A DNA stretch of 64,000 nt from an uncultured virus (IMG/VR IMGVR_UViG_3300005294_000012) (lineage: Duplodnaviria; Heunggongvirae; Uroviricota; Caudoviricetes). Both the position numbers and the translations under genes were made by a program. Under the pieces are notes generated by a model. The model had not been told where the DNA came from, searched no databases, and saw only the letters and a list, made by a program, of their open reading frames with translations. This document shows positions 29,040 to 39,034 of this stretch, piece by piece (within the stretch, counting starts at the first letter, position 1; each line of letters opens with the position of its first letter). The DNA lies in IMG/VR virus record IMGVR_UViG_3300005294_000012; one strand, 5' to 3'.

Positions 29040-30303
29040 ATGGCCGACGATCTCTGCGACGAGACCACCATCCCGCGAGCCCGCGAGATTGCCCGTACCG
29101 CCCTGGAGGCGGTCAACTTCAGCACCGAGGACGGCATCGTCGACCTGATCGCCGACCTAATGCACCTGGCCGACGAGGTCAACTCCGGCCGCGCACCCGA
29201 CCTGAGGAGCGGTTACCGCCACGGATACGACGTGATGGCTGCTGCGCGGAGCCACTACGTGGCCGAGCTGCCCGACTTCCCGCCGGTCTTGACCCTGCCG
29301 ACCCCCGAGCAGATGCGCGACCAAACGCTAACCAAGGCCCAGGCCGCATACAAACTTGCCGGTGACCTGGCCTACGCCGACCCGGATGAACACGAGGCGA
29401 AGCCCTGCGACCACGCGTCGCCCTGCAACTGCTGCAAAATCTGTGGTCGTGATATCAGCTGGCTCGGCGGCTACTCCGGAAACGAATGGGAGCACGAAGA
29501 ATGACCGCATATCCCAAGATCACCCTTGCCTGCGACGAGTCGTTGTGTTTCTTCCGCTTCCAAGGAGCACCAGGGCAGAACGCACAGCAAACCCGGGATT
29601 TGGCCTTCGACAGCCCCGGATGGCGCGTCATTGGCGGCAAGGATTACTGCCCGCAGCACGGCAGGCAGCGCGAGGACGAACACACCCCCGTAGCCACCTA
29701 TGACAACTGGACCAAGGCGATCAGCCAGCTGCAGAACTATGCCGAATCTCTCGGCCTGGAATGGGCCGGTGGCTGGGGAGGGATCCCCAAGAACTCTCCG
29801 AAGATCAGGATGAACCCCGAGACCGAGGACTTTTATTGCCCGCACTGCGGCAAGACGCAAGGCGAGTTCCTTCTGGCACTCGATGACGGTTCGGCCATGC
29901 TGGCCGAATGGGCCGATGATCATTGGGAGGCCTACCCGGACGCTGAAGAGGTCAGCTGGCTGGGTGCCTACTGCGCCGAGTGCAACGGCTGGATCAGCCC
30001 CGAGGATGAGGTGGTCCTGAAATGAGCAAGAAGATCATCTTCCCTGAGAACCTTCGGGTAAATCGTGGCGATCTCGCCGGCGCCCTTTGGGCGAACACGT
30101 CGCTATCCCAGGGTGGCGAGGGCGGAATGGCACGTGCTGAGTGGCTGGTCGACCAGTTCGTCCGAGACCAGCTGGCCGAGCTGCAAGCCCGGATCGATGC
30201 CGCGCTGGCCGCGTGCGCTCTCGCCGAGACCGGTTATAGCCCGGGCGTCGGGGTCTGGATCTCCACCGCAGAAATCCGAGCACACCTGGAGCCAAGATCA
30301 TGA
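29040..30303 (+). other. Three coupled hypothetical genes (29040-29504, 29501-30025, 30022-30303)
   Basis: ATGA overlaps; two carry CxxC motifs. Confidence 0.6.
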
Positions 30304-30614
30304 GCCTCACATACATGCAGATGCATCTGCTGCAGATCCTCGCCGACGTCGAACCCAACGCCCTGACGGGCCAGGAGGTCCTTGACATTGCCGGTGCGGA
30401 CACGTTGATGCTCAACCCCTGGGCCAGCCGGGAGGGCGTCCACCAGACCGCCAGCAGCCTGTCACGGCGCGGTCTGATCGTGAAGCACAACCCGGCTGCG
30501 ATCCCGCAGCGTGGCATCTCGTACGCGATCTCCATTGCCGGTAAGACGGCACTGGCCACACAGAAGGAGGCTCGTCGAAGTGGAATCAAGCCACCCCGGC
30601 CCTCAACACCCTGA
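30300..30614 (+). CDS. Winged-helix DNA-binding protein
   Basis: LLQIL...LTGQEV...SLSRRGLI...YAISIAG pattern. Confidence 0.55.
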   Translation: MSLTYMQMHLLQILADVEPNALTGQEVLDIAGADTLMLNPWASREGVHQTASSLSRRGLIVKHNPAAIPQRGISYAISIAGKTALATQKEARRSGIKPPRPSTP

Positions 30615-30728
30615 CAACGGCGCGTTCCTGCTAATCATCTGCGTGATCTGCTTCGTCGTAATTCCCACCTTGATCATCATCGGCTACTTCTGGCTGGTGT
30701 CCCGCTCCTAACGAAAGGAAGTGCGCTC

Positions 30729-31637
30729 GTGAAAGTTGCATTCAAGACCTGGAACCCGCGAGGTGAAGCCCTCGAACAGGTGCGCCAGGCCAACGCCATC
30801 TGCGCCGAGTACGCCAACCAGGGATACGACCTGACGCTGAGGCAGCTGTTCTACCAGTTCGTATCCCGCGACCTGATCCCCAACACCCAGCGGGCCTACA
30901 AGAACCTGGGGACCGTGGTCGACAAGGCCCGCCTCGCCGGTCTGCTCGACTGGAACTACATCGTCGACCGCACCCGGAACGCTTACCGCACCGACGGTGC
31001 CGACACCTCACCAGAGGACGCCGTCCGGGCCATGGCCGACGCCTACCAGCGCGCGCTATGGGAAGACCAGCCCTGGCACGTCGAGGTCTGGGTGGAGAAG
31101 GAGGCCTTGGCCGGTGTCATCCAGCGCGCAGCCTCTGAGGTCGGAGTGATCTACTTCTCCTGCCGTGGCTACGTCAGCCAGTCGGAGATGTACTCCGCCG
31201 GCCGGCGGTTCAAGTCCTGGTCGCAGAGCGGAAAGCAGAACCTGCTGATCCACCTCGGAGACCACGACCCGTCCGGGATCGACATGACCCGCGACATCAA
31301 CGAGCGCGTCAACATGTTCTCCTGGCCGGCCGATGTGGAGGTCAAACGAATCGCTCTCAACATGGACCAGATCGGGCAGTACAACCCGCCGCCCAACCCG
31401 GCCAAGCTCACCGATTCCAGGTTCGAGGCCTACGAAGCACAGTTCGGAGATGAGAGCTGGGAGCTGGACGCGCTGGAGCCGCAGGTGCTGCACGACCTGA
31501 TCGTGCAGGAGGTCCTGACAGTGCGCGACCAGGAGCTCTGGGACGCTGCCGAGCAGCGCCAGGAGGACGAGCGCTCCGCGCTGATCAGCGTCTCGGACAA
31601 CTGGAGCGAGATCGTCGCCCAGGGCCTGGCCGGATAA
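30729..31637 (+). CDS. TOPRIM protein of TopoVI-A/Spo11-like architecture
   Basis: N-terminal TLRQLFY, EVWVEKEAL, GDHDPSG, WELDAL. Confidence 0.75.
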   Translation: MKVAFKTWNPRGEALEQVRQANAICAEYANQGYDLTLRQLFYQFVSRDLIPNTQRAYKNLGTVVDKARLAGLLDWNYIVDRTRNAYRTDGADTSPEDAVRAMADAYQRALWEDQPWHVEVWVEKEALAGVIQRAASEVGVIYFSCRGYVSQSEMYSAGRRFKSWSQSGKQNLLIHLGDHDPSGIDMTRDINERVNMFSWPADVEVKRIALNMDQIGQYNPPPNPAKLTDSRFEAYEAQFGDESWELDALEPQVLHDLIVQEVLTVRDQELWDAAEQRQEDERSALISVSDNWSEIVAQGLAG

Positions 31638-31737
31638 CAAAATGATCACGGACCTATTGCCGGTGTCCGCGACGATCACGGTTGCATCTACCTCCGGCGA
31701 TTCGCAGGCACCGACCACTAACGTCAGGAGGTCGGCT

Positions 31738-32013
31738 ATGCCGCCCATCAACCATGGAACTGAACGCGGCTGGCGACGCTGCAAGGGGGAGAACGGTGTC
31801 GCCTGTGACAAGTGCCGCAAAGCCAAGCAGGACGCCTGGGAGCGTCAACGCCAGAAGCGTCTCGGGAAGCCCATCCCCGAGCACCTCGAGCACGGCATGT
31901 ACGTCCACTACAACTACGGCTGCAACTGCGACATCTGCATGGCCGATCTGCGCGCCAAGAAGAACAAGCAGAAGCGCATCGAGCGCGCCAGGAGAAGGGA
32001 GGCGCATAGCTAA
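31738..32013 (+). CDS. Small Zn-binding protein with two HG..C..C repeats
   Basis: HGTERGWRRC...CDKC and HG...YGCNCDIC; AGGAGG RBS. Confidence 0.65.
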   Translation: MPPINHGTERGWRRCKGENGVACDKCRKAKQDAWERQRQKRLGKPIPEHLEHGMYVHYNYGCNCDICMADLRAKKNKQKRIERARRREAHS

Positions 32014-32510
32014 TCGATCAAGAAACGCGGGACGCGGTGACGATCATGGAGCCCGAGTTGGGCCAGTTCCTGTTTGCGGCAGTGAACCAGCACGACGTCG
32101 TCCAGATGACTTTCACCCGCAGGACCATCCCGCGATCACGGCTGAGATATCTAGCGAACAGGAGGGCTCGTGACCAAAAAAGTCACCTCGACCAGGGCTC
32201 GGAAGAAGCTGACCACGGATCAGCGCGAGAGGATCTATGACCTGATCCTCATAGGCATCATGGCCGGACTCGGGGCTATCGCAGCCGAGATCCGGGGCGG
32301 GAACGATGCCTTGCAGTAAGGCGATGATGAAGTGCCGCGCGGACTGTCTACACCGCCGCGATGTGCAGGAATACCGCGCGGCACGCAACGCCGACGAAGA
32401 GCGCATGGAGCGGGAAACCAGGCTCTTCCCCGGCGACATCGCGATCTGGAAAGAGGCCAACTACATGATCACCTTCAAAGACTGGCTGATCGGGAAGAAG
32501 CAATGGCAAC

Positions 32511-34346
32511 GTGAAGATCTGGCTGGATGAGCGGAAAGGACTGGTACTCGGGCGAGCGAAGTGGACCGGCGGCACGATCAACATCTGCAAAACCATCGGC
32601 GGGTTCCGGTACCTGAAGCGCACCCAGACGGCCAGCTGGCCGTTGACCATGGGCACCCTGTACAGACTGCGCGACGCCTTCGGAGAGTCTCTGGAGGTCG
32701 ACCACGGTCTGTACCGGTGGGCGCGAATGCAACGCAAACGCGACGCAAATGGGACAGATCTGGCACAGATTGCGCCAGAGCTGGCGGAGGCGATCAACAG
32801 CCGGCCCTACCAGGTGCGTGGCGTATCGCGTATCGCTACACAGAAGGCACTGGGGCTGTTTGACGAGCCGTCCCTCGGCAAGACCCTGCAGTCCCTGGCG
32901 GGGTTGATGGCTGCCGGGGAATGGAACGGACGGCACTTGGTGATCTGTCCCAAGACAGCCATCAACATCACCTGGGGCCGGCAGATAGCTGCCTGGACCG
33001 ATGGCCAAGTATTCCCCATCACCGGCACCGCGTCTCAGAAGAGATCCGCGATCCAGCAGTTTCTGGATGCCGGTCGCGGCCCGCGCATCGCGATCACCAA
33101 CCCCGAAACCTTGCGCATCAAGATGGATCAGCGCTGCGACCGCTGCGAGCGCTGGAAGAACGAGCTGCGCGACGAGGAGCACGAAGGACGCACCGGACAC
33201 CAGCTGCGCTGGCGGATCCGCCGACAGGACTACCCCGAGCTGTTCGGCATCACCTGGGACTCGATCATCGCCGACGAGTGCGACCGCTACCTGCTGGCTC
33301 TGCGGCCACACACCAACGGCAGGATGCCCGACTGGGGCGAGGGCATGGTCCGGCTGGCAGCTGATCGCAAGATCGCCATGACCGGAACACCGTTCCACGG
33401 CTCCGAGGTCAACATGTTCGGGATCCTGCACTGGCTCGACCCGCAGCGCTTCGACGCCTTCTGGACGCATATCGACCAGTACTTCGAGCAGCAGCAGACT
33501 CACTTCGGCCGGGAGATCATCGGCATCCGAGCGGACAGCCGGCAGGCCTATGAGGAGCTGCTGGACATGTACACGCTGCGCCGGACCAAGCTCGAGGCCA
33601 AGCCCGATCTGCCGGCGGAGCTCCACCAGGACCATTTCATCGACATGAGCCCGATCCAGCGCCGCGCTTACGAAGAGTTCGAGGAGCTGGGTTGGACCAA
33701 GATCGAAGGCGATGCGCTCCGCAGTCGCGGGATCCTGGCGCAGATCGTCCGGCTGCAGCAGCTGGCCTTCGGCGAGATGATGATCAGAGGCAACAAGTTG
33801 GCACCGGTGCGCTCGGAGAAGTATGAGTGGCTGCTGGCGGCGCTGTCCGAACGCGGGATCAAGGTCAAGGGCGTCAACACCGGCCACATGAAATACGTGA
33901 TCGTTTCGCAGTTCACCTTCGTCCTGAACTGGATCAGCGAGCAGTTCGACCGGGCCGGGATCAAACACCTGATGATCACCGGCGATGTCACCGGCGAGCG
34001 CCGGGGCAACGCGGTTGCCTTGTTCCAGAGCTACGGCGACCCCCACCGGGTGATGCTGCTCAACACGAAGGCAGGCGGCGTCTCCATCGACCTAGACGCC
34101 TGGTGCGATGAGATGTTCATCCTGGACGAGACCGACGTCGAGGACGAGATGGAGCAGGTCCGGGGTCGGATCAACAACCGTGGCGAGAGGGTGGCGCCGC
34201 GTACCTTCCACTACGTCAGAACCGCCGACACGATCCAGGAGCGGATGGCGGACAAGGCCCTTCGGCAGGCCCTGATGCAGCATCAACTACTCGACGGCCG
34301 GCGCGGCCTGGAGCTCGCGGCCCGACTCTTGGGAAGGCAACTGTGA
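32511..34346 (+). CDS. SNF2-family helicase
   Basis: DEPSLGKT, IIADECD, MTGTP, AGGVSIDL motifs. Confidence 0.85.
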   Translation: MKIWLDERKGLVLGRAKWTGGTINICKTIGGFRYLKRTQTASWPLTMGTLYRLRDAFGESLEVDHGLYRWARMQRKRDANGTDLAQIAPELAEAINSRPYQVRGVSRIATQKALGLFDEPSLGKTLQSLAGLMAAGEWNGRHLVICPKTAINITWGRQIAAWTDGQVFPITGTASQKRSAIQQFLDAGRGPRIAITNPETLRIKMDQRCDRCERWKNELRDEEHEGRTGHQLRWRIRRQDYPELFGITWDSIIADECDRYLLALRPHTNGRMPDWGEGMVRLAADRKIAMTGTPFHGSEVNMFGILHWLDPQRFDAFWTHIDQYFEQQQTHFGREIIGIRADSRQAYEELLDMYTLRRTKLEAKPDLPAELHQDHFIDMSPIQRRAYEEFEELGWTKIEGDALRSRGILAQIVRLQQLAFGEMMIRGNKLAPVRSEKYEWLLAALSERGIKVKGVNTGHMKYVIVSQFTFVLNWISEQFDRAGIKHLMITGDVTGERRGNAVALFQSYGDPHRVMLLNTKAGGVSIDLDAWCDEMFILDETDVEDEMEQVRGRINNRGERVAPRTFHYVRTADTIQERMADKALRQALMQHQLLDGRRGLELAARLLGRQL

Positions 34347-35195
34347 TCGACCAATACATCCCCTGGATCGTCTGCCTGATCCTCGGTGCGCTCATCGCCT
34401 CCGCAGCTTTTGTCGGACGGATGGTGTATGTTGAAGGTCGTAGAAGGTGGAGGAAAGCCGCTGAACCCCCACAGGTCCCTGTGAAGTTCAGACAGCAGAC
34501 AGTTTCCATCCGCCAACGCTCGACCACAGATGAACCGCTGCCACCTCGGCGCCCCCGGGGGACAGCCCACGTGCGACCCATCAGGAGGTCCAAATAATGC
34601 TCTACTGGCGCAAGCCTGACGGCACTTACAAACTGATCGATGAGGTGCTGGAGTACGCACCTCTGCGGATGGCCCGGGTCCTCACCGAGGGCTCCCGACT
34701 GCTCATCCCGATGGAGAGCCTGGTCATCCTCTGATGCCCGAAGAGGATTGGCACAACTGCCACTTTTGCGGCGAGCTGGTCAAGGACGGCCACGAGGTCG
34801 ATCCCACTCGCCGGCACTGGCTCAGCGATTGCCGGCCAGACCTGGTCAGGCACGAGATCGGCCCGACCTGCACCTGGGCTTTTCGAACACTGGAGAACGA
34901 AGGCGACGCCGTCGATCTCGAACAGATCCAGCGCGAACACCTTTGCTACGCGTTCGAGTGGATGGGCGACAAGACCAACAACTACCAGCGCGTCTGGACT
35001 TCTAGGCACATCCACTTCTACAACGACGGGCCGATGTGATGAGAATCGTTGTCGACGGAATGATCATCAAGCTGTTCTGTCTGAAGTGTGATGCCCCTAT
35101 AGATACCTGGTCTCGCGACTCTGTCGCGGAACTAGACGAGATCGTTGAGGTCGAGTACCAGCACAACCTGCTGGTGCACCTACAGGGCGCCAACG

Positions 35196-36293
35196 ATGCA
35201 AGAGCTTAGGACCTCGGAGCGCAAGACGTGGGGCGATTGCCCGCAGCAGTGGTGGTGGTCCTACGTCGAGGAGCTGGCGCCGATCCGGAAGGCCAATGCG
35301 CTGTGGTTCGGCGCACTCTGGCACGACGCCATGGCGCTGTGGTACCTGCAGGGCAAGCATCGCGGTCCGCACCCGGCAGAGACGCTGGAGAAGACCATCA
35401 ACCAGCACCGCCGGATCTTCGTCAACTCCGAGGAGGAGGAAGAGGAGGTCATCGACGCCCGCGAGCTGGGCATAGCGATGGGCATTGGTTACGTCGACAA
35501 GTACGGCAACGACGAGCAGTGGGACATCCTGGCGGTCGAGAAGACCTCAGCGCTGATCTTCCGGCGCGGCGGAGAGCCGTTCCTCCGCTACCTGCTGTGC
35601 ATCGACGGTCTCTATCGTGATCTTGAGACCGGCGAGATCTTCATTCTCGAGCACAAGACCGCCAAGGCGGTCAAGATTGGCCATCTGCGGCTCGACAACC
35701 AAGCTGGCAGCTACTACGCCGCAGCACCCTACGTGCTACCCCTGGCGAAGCTGCTGAGGCCCGGGGAGCGCATTGCCGGTATCCAGTACAACTACGCCCG
35801 GAAGGCCAAGCCCGACCAGCGACCGGTCAACTCACGCGGCATGTTCACCAACAAGCCGACCAAGGCCCACTACGTGGCGGCGCTGGCAGGCAGGGTGCAG
35901 GCCCGTCGTGTCGGCGAGCCTCTCGGTGAGGTGGCACTCAGCAGGTTCAGCCTGGACGACTTGACTGTGCTTGCTGCGGAGTACGGCATCATCGTGTTCG
36001 GCGAGGAGTCGAAGACCCAGCCGGCGCCCTACTTCGTACGTCCTGACCCTGTCTACCGGACCCCGGCCGAGCAGGAGACCCAGCTGCTGCGCATCCAGGA
36101 CGAAGCCTTCTACATGAACCAGATGCGCACGGGCGCATTGCCGGTGATCAAGACCCCCGGCGAGCACTGCAACTGGTGCCCGTTCAAAGAGATGTGCGAG
36201 CTGGACGAGTACGACCAAGACGCAGCGGAGGGATTCAAGCAGGCCCGGATGATCCACCGCGATCCCTACGAGCAGTACAGAAAGGTGGCCTGA
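35196..36293 (+). CDS. Cas4/RecB-like PD-(D/E)xK exonuclease
   Basis: N-terminal CP, ID...EHKT, Q...Y, C-terminal CNWCPFKEMC. Confidence 0.85.
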   Translation: MQELRTSERKTWGDCPQQWWWSYVEELAPIRKANALWFGALWHDAMALWYLQGKHRGPHPAETLEKTINQHRRIFVNSEEEEEEVIDARELGIAMGIGYVDKYGNDEQWDILAVEKTSALIFRRGGEPFLRYLLCIDGLYRDLETGEIFILEHKTAKAVKIGHLRLDNQAGSYYAAAPYVLPLAKLLRPGERIAGIQYNYARKAKPDQRPVNSRGMFTNKPTKAHYVAALAGRVQARRVGEPLGEVALSRFSLDDLTVLAAEYGIIVFGEESKTQPAPYFVRPDPVYRTPAEQETQLLRIQDEAFYMNQMRTGALPVIKTPGEHCNWCPFKEMCELDEYDQDAAEGFKQARMIHRDPYEQYRKVA

Positions 36294-36558
36294 TGGCGAA
36301 GATCGCCCACGAGGACCACGATCATCCCAATACCCCGGCCGCGCGGCTGCTCTGCCGGCGCCAGCACGGCCAAGTGGTAGTCGACCAGACCGAGTTCATC
36401 TCGGTCACCGGGGACGCCCCGGTGGTGTATTTCGACAGCGACCCTCGGCAGAACTGGCTGCTCGTGGTGGGGGTCTGCAACATCATCTTCCTGCCCGAGC
36501 AGAAGGCAGAAGTCATCGAGCGTCTGCGGGGCGCCATCAAGATTTTGGAGAGTGACCA

Positions 36559-37044
36559 GTGACCATCCCCGGAACACCAGTGCACATGGCCTACGAGGCG
36601 TTGGAGAACGGCCCTCTCCACCAGCTGGCCAAGGCGATCTACCGGATCAACCGCGACAACGGCTGGTTCGAGGGCCCCGAACGTTCAGTCAGCGACGAGC
36701 TGATGCTGATCGTCGGCGAGGTCGCTGAGGCCCACGAGGAGGACCGCAAGGGGTACAGCGCGACTCATCGTTACTACACCTACAGCTTCCCCGCGACCTC
36801 TGGCTATGGCGTCGAGATTGCCGGCGGCGAGATCCGCTACTTCCTTCGGGGCGAAGAGGTGCCGTGGTCGACGATTCCTCCGGAGTACGCCAAGCCCGAG
36901 GGCATTCCGTCAGAGATGGCTGACATCATCATCCGCGTTCTCGACTTCTGCCACCGCCACAAGATCGACATCGAAGAGGTGCTGCTGGAGAAGCTCACCT
37001 ACAACACCACCCGTGGCCACCGCCACGGCGGAAAGAGGCTCTGA
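36559..37044 (+). CDS. MazG-like nucleotide pyrophosphohydrolase
   Basis: GEVAEAHEE, SEMADIIIRVLD, K..YN..R..RHGGK. Confidence 0.85.
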   Translation: MTIPGTPVHMAYEALENGPLHQLAKAIYRINRDNGWFEGPERSVSDELMLIVGEVAEAHEEDRKGYSATHRYYTYSFPATSGYGVEIAGGEIRYFLRGEEVPWSTIPPEYAKPEGIPSEMADIIIRVLDFCHRHKIDIEEVLLEKLTYNTTRGHRHGGKRL

Positions 37045-37970
37045 TGCGATCCAAGATCCAAGACCTGGGGGACATGGGATTCGTCCGGATGGCTGTGGTG
37101 GCCCCCGGCGGATTCGGCAAGACCCGGTTCGCCGGCACCGCTCCCGACGCGCTGTTCCTGACCGTCGACCCCGAGGGCACACTGTCGGCCAAGTTTGCGG
37201 GGTCGACCGCCAAAGAGATCGTGATCCACGATCAAGAAGACTTGATCAACGCGCAGCTGGACTTGTTCGACGGCATCGTAGGTGAGAAGCCGAACCAGCG
37301 GATAGTGCTCGACGGCAAGCGGTATCGCTGGCTGATCGTGGACGATGCCACGGCGGTTCAGTACATCTACATGCGGACCGCGATCGACAACCGGATCCGC
37401 CGCACCCTGGCTCGAGGCGGTACCCAGAAGCCTGGCGATGCCTTGCCCGAGATGGAGATGGCCGACATCACCGCGCTGCTGGAGGGCGAGGGCAACCTCA
37501 ACCGCTACGTACCGGAGCTGAACGACCGCTACACCTACCAGAACGCGATCATCGACTTCTTCAAGAAGATCTCCGGGCTGCCGATCAACGTGATCTTTGT
37601 CTGCAAGCGGGCGATGTCCAGCTACGAGGTCGGCGAGGAGGGCAGCGACGCCTACTGGACCGCCGCCATCGAAGGGCAGCGCGGCGCGGTTGCCGAGCAG
37701 TGCCTCGGGTTCTGTCCGATCGTCGCCTCCGGAGAGATCATCCAGCGCGACAAGAAGGAAGTCCGGCGGTTCATCTTCACCCACATCGGCAAGCATCGCG
37801 GCAAGGACCGCACCAACACTCTCGGCCGGGTCAAGGACAACCTGACAGTGCCGCTGATGATGCGAATCATCGAGAACGGCGCGACGGCAGATGCCGAAGT
37901 TGATGACGGAGAGGAGGTAGCGTCCACCCCAGCTCGACCACGTCCGCGTAGGCGGATCCAAGCCCAGTAA
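37044..37970 (+). CDS. AAA ATPase (Sak4/AAA_24-like)
   Basis: PGGFGKT, LIVDD, GKDR motifs; between nuclease and SSB-like gene. Confidence 0.75.
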   Translation: MRSKIQDLGDMGFVRMAVVAPGGFGKTRFAGTAPDALFLTVDPEGTLSAKFAGSTAKEIVIHDQEDLINAQLDLFDGIVGEKPNQRIVLDGKRYRWLIVDDATAVQYIYMRTAIDNRIRRTLARGGTQKPGDALPEMEMADITALLEGEGNLNRYVPELNDRYTYQNAIIDFFKKISGLPINVIFVCKRAMSSYEVGEEGSDAYWTAAIEGQRGAVAEQCLGFCPIVASGEIIQRDKKEVRRFIFTHIGKHRGKDRTNTLGRVKDNLTVPLMMRIIENGATADAEVDDGEEVASTPARPRPRRRIQAQ

Positions 37971-37992
37971 TAACAAGATCAGGAAAGGCACC

Positions 37993-38922
37993 ATGCCAAA
38001 GTTCAAGAGGCAAGTTTCAAACGCCCCCGACCAGCAGGCAGCTGCGGTCTACGAAGGGCCCGACGTCCCGGACGGCACCTATTCCGGGATTCTGCGGTGG
38101 ATGAAGTACCGGGAGTCCCGCAAGAAGGGCACCCCGTTCTGGAACAACCTGGTGGTCCTCGACGCCAAGGACAAGGAGGGCAGCAACGCCAAGTACGACG
38201 GTTATGCGGTGTTCGTCGAGGTCTACATGGTCGATGAGTCCGACGTCAACGAGGCGCGGGAGAAGAGCCTGTACACCGCGATCTCGGGTAAGGCCGACGT
38301 CGACATCATCACCGACGACAAGGTCCAAGGTGATCCCATTGTGACCAAGGTCGGTGGTTTCAATCCGAGCGGGACTCGGGTCTATGTGCAGCTCCGGACC
38401 GAGTACGACGAGGAGTACGGCTCTCGGCAGCGTGGCACCTGGATCTATCCCGATCCGTCGTTCCAGCGGGACGGCCAGAAGGATGACCAGTCCGACATCA
38501 CCGGCGAGGACCTGGACGCCGAGGCGGCAGCTGAGGCACCGCCGAAGCGTACGCGCAAAGCGCCGGCCAAGAAGGCCACAACGTCCAACGTCACGCCCAT
38601 CAAGGCGGCTCAGAAGGCCGACGACGGTGAGCTGGACTACGACGCCATGAACCTCCCAGACATCCGGCAGGAGGCTGCCAAGCACAACCTGGAGGTCAAG
38701 GGTGTCCCGAAGGGCGAACTGATCAAGCAGCTCAAGGCGATCGCCGGCGGCAATGCCGGTGACCCGAACAAGAAGTCGCCGAAGCAGATCACCGCGATGG
38801 ATGACGACGAGCTGAACGAGTTCCTCGAGGCGAACGACTACGTCGTGGAGGACTTCGACGGCATGTCGCGCGAGGACACCGTGGAGATCCTCAAGGACGA
38901 CGGGATCATCAACCCCTTCTGA
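37993..38922 (+). CDS. Putative ssDNA-binding protein with acidic tail
   Basis: VPDGTYSG, position after the Sak4-like gene, C-terminal NPF. Confidence 0.6.
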   Translation: MPKFKRQVSNAPDQQAAAVYEGPDVPDGTYSGILRWMKYRESRKKGTPFWNNLVVLDAKDKEGSNAKYDGYAVFVEVYMVDESDVNEAREKSLYTAISGKADVDIITDDKVQGDPIVTKVGGFNPSGTRVYVQLRTEYDEEYGSRQRGTWIYPDPSFQRDGQKDDQSDITGEDLDAEAAAEAPPKRTRKAPAKKATTSNVTPIKAAQKADDGELDYDAMNLPDIRQEAAKHNLEVKGVPKGELIKQLKAIAGGNAGDPNKKSPKQITAMDDDELNEFLEANDYVVEDFDGMSREDTVEILKDDGIINPF

Positions 38923-38929
38923 CCTCCCA

Positions 38930-38955
38930 CTCGGGGGCTTTGTAAAGACTCCGAG
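38930..38955 (+). terminator. Hairpin after the SSB-like gene
   Basis: CTCGGGGGCTTTGTAAAGACTCCGAG. Confidence 0.45.
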
Positions 38956-39034
38956 CCCGTGATCCTGGCACGGTTTTGTGACCTTTTACCGCCAGGTCAC
39001 GGGCTCGGTCATCCAAGTGGAAAGGTCGGGAGGA

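Noticed and set aside
35196..36293. CRISPR-Cas system suggested by the Cas4-like gene
   Set aside because: No other cas genes or array; it sits in a normal recombination module
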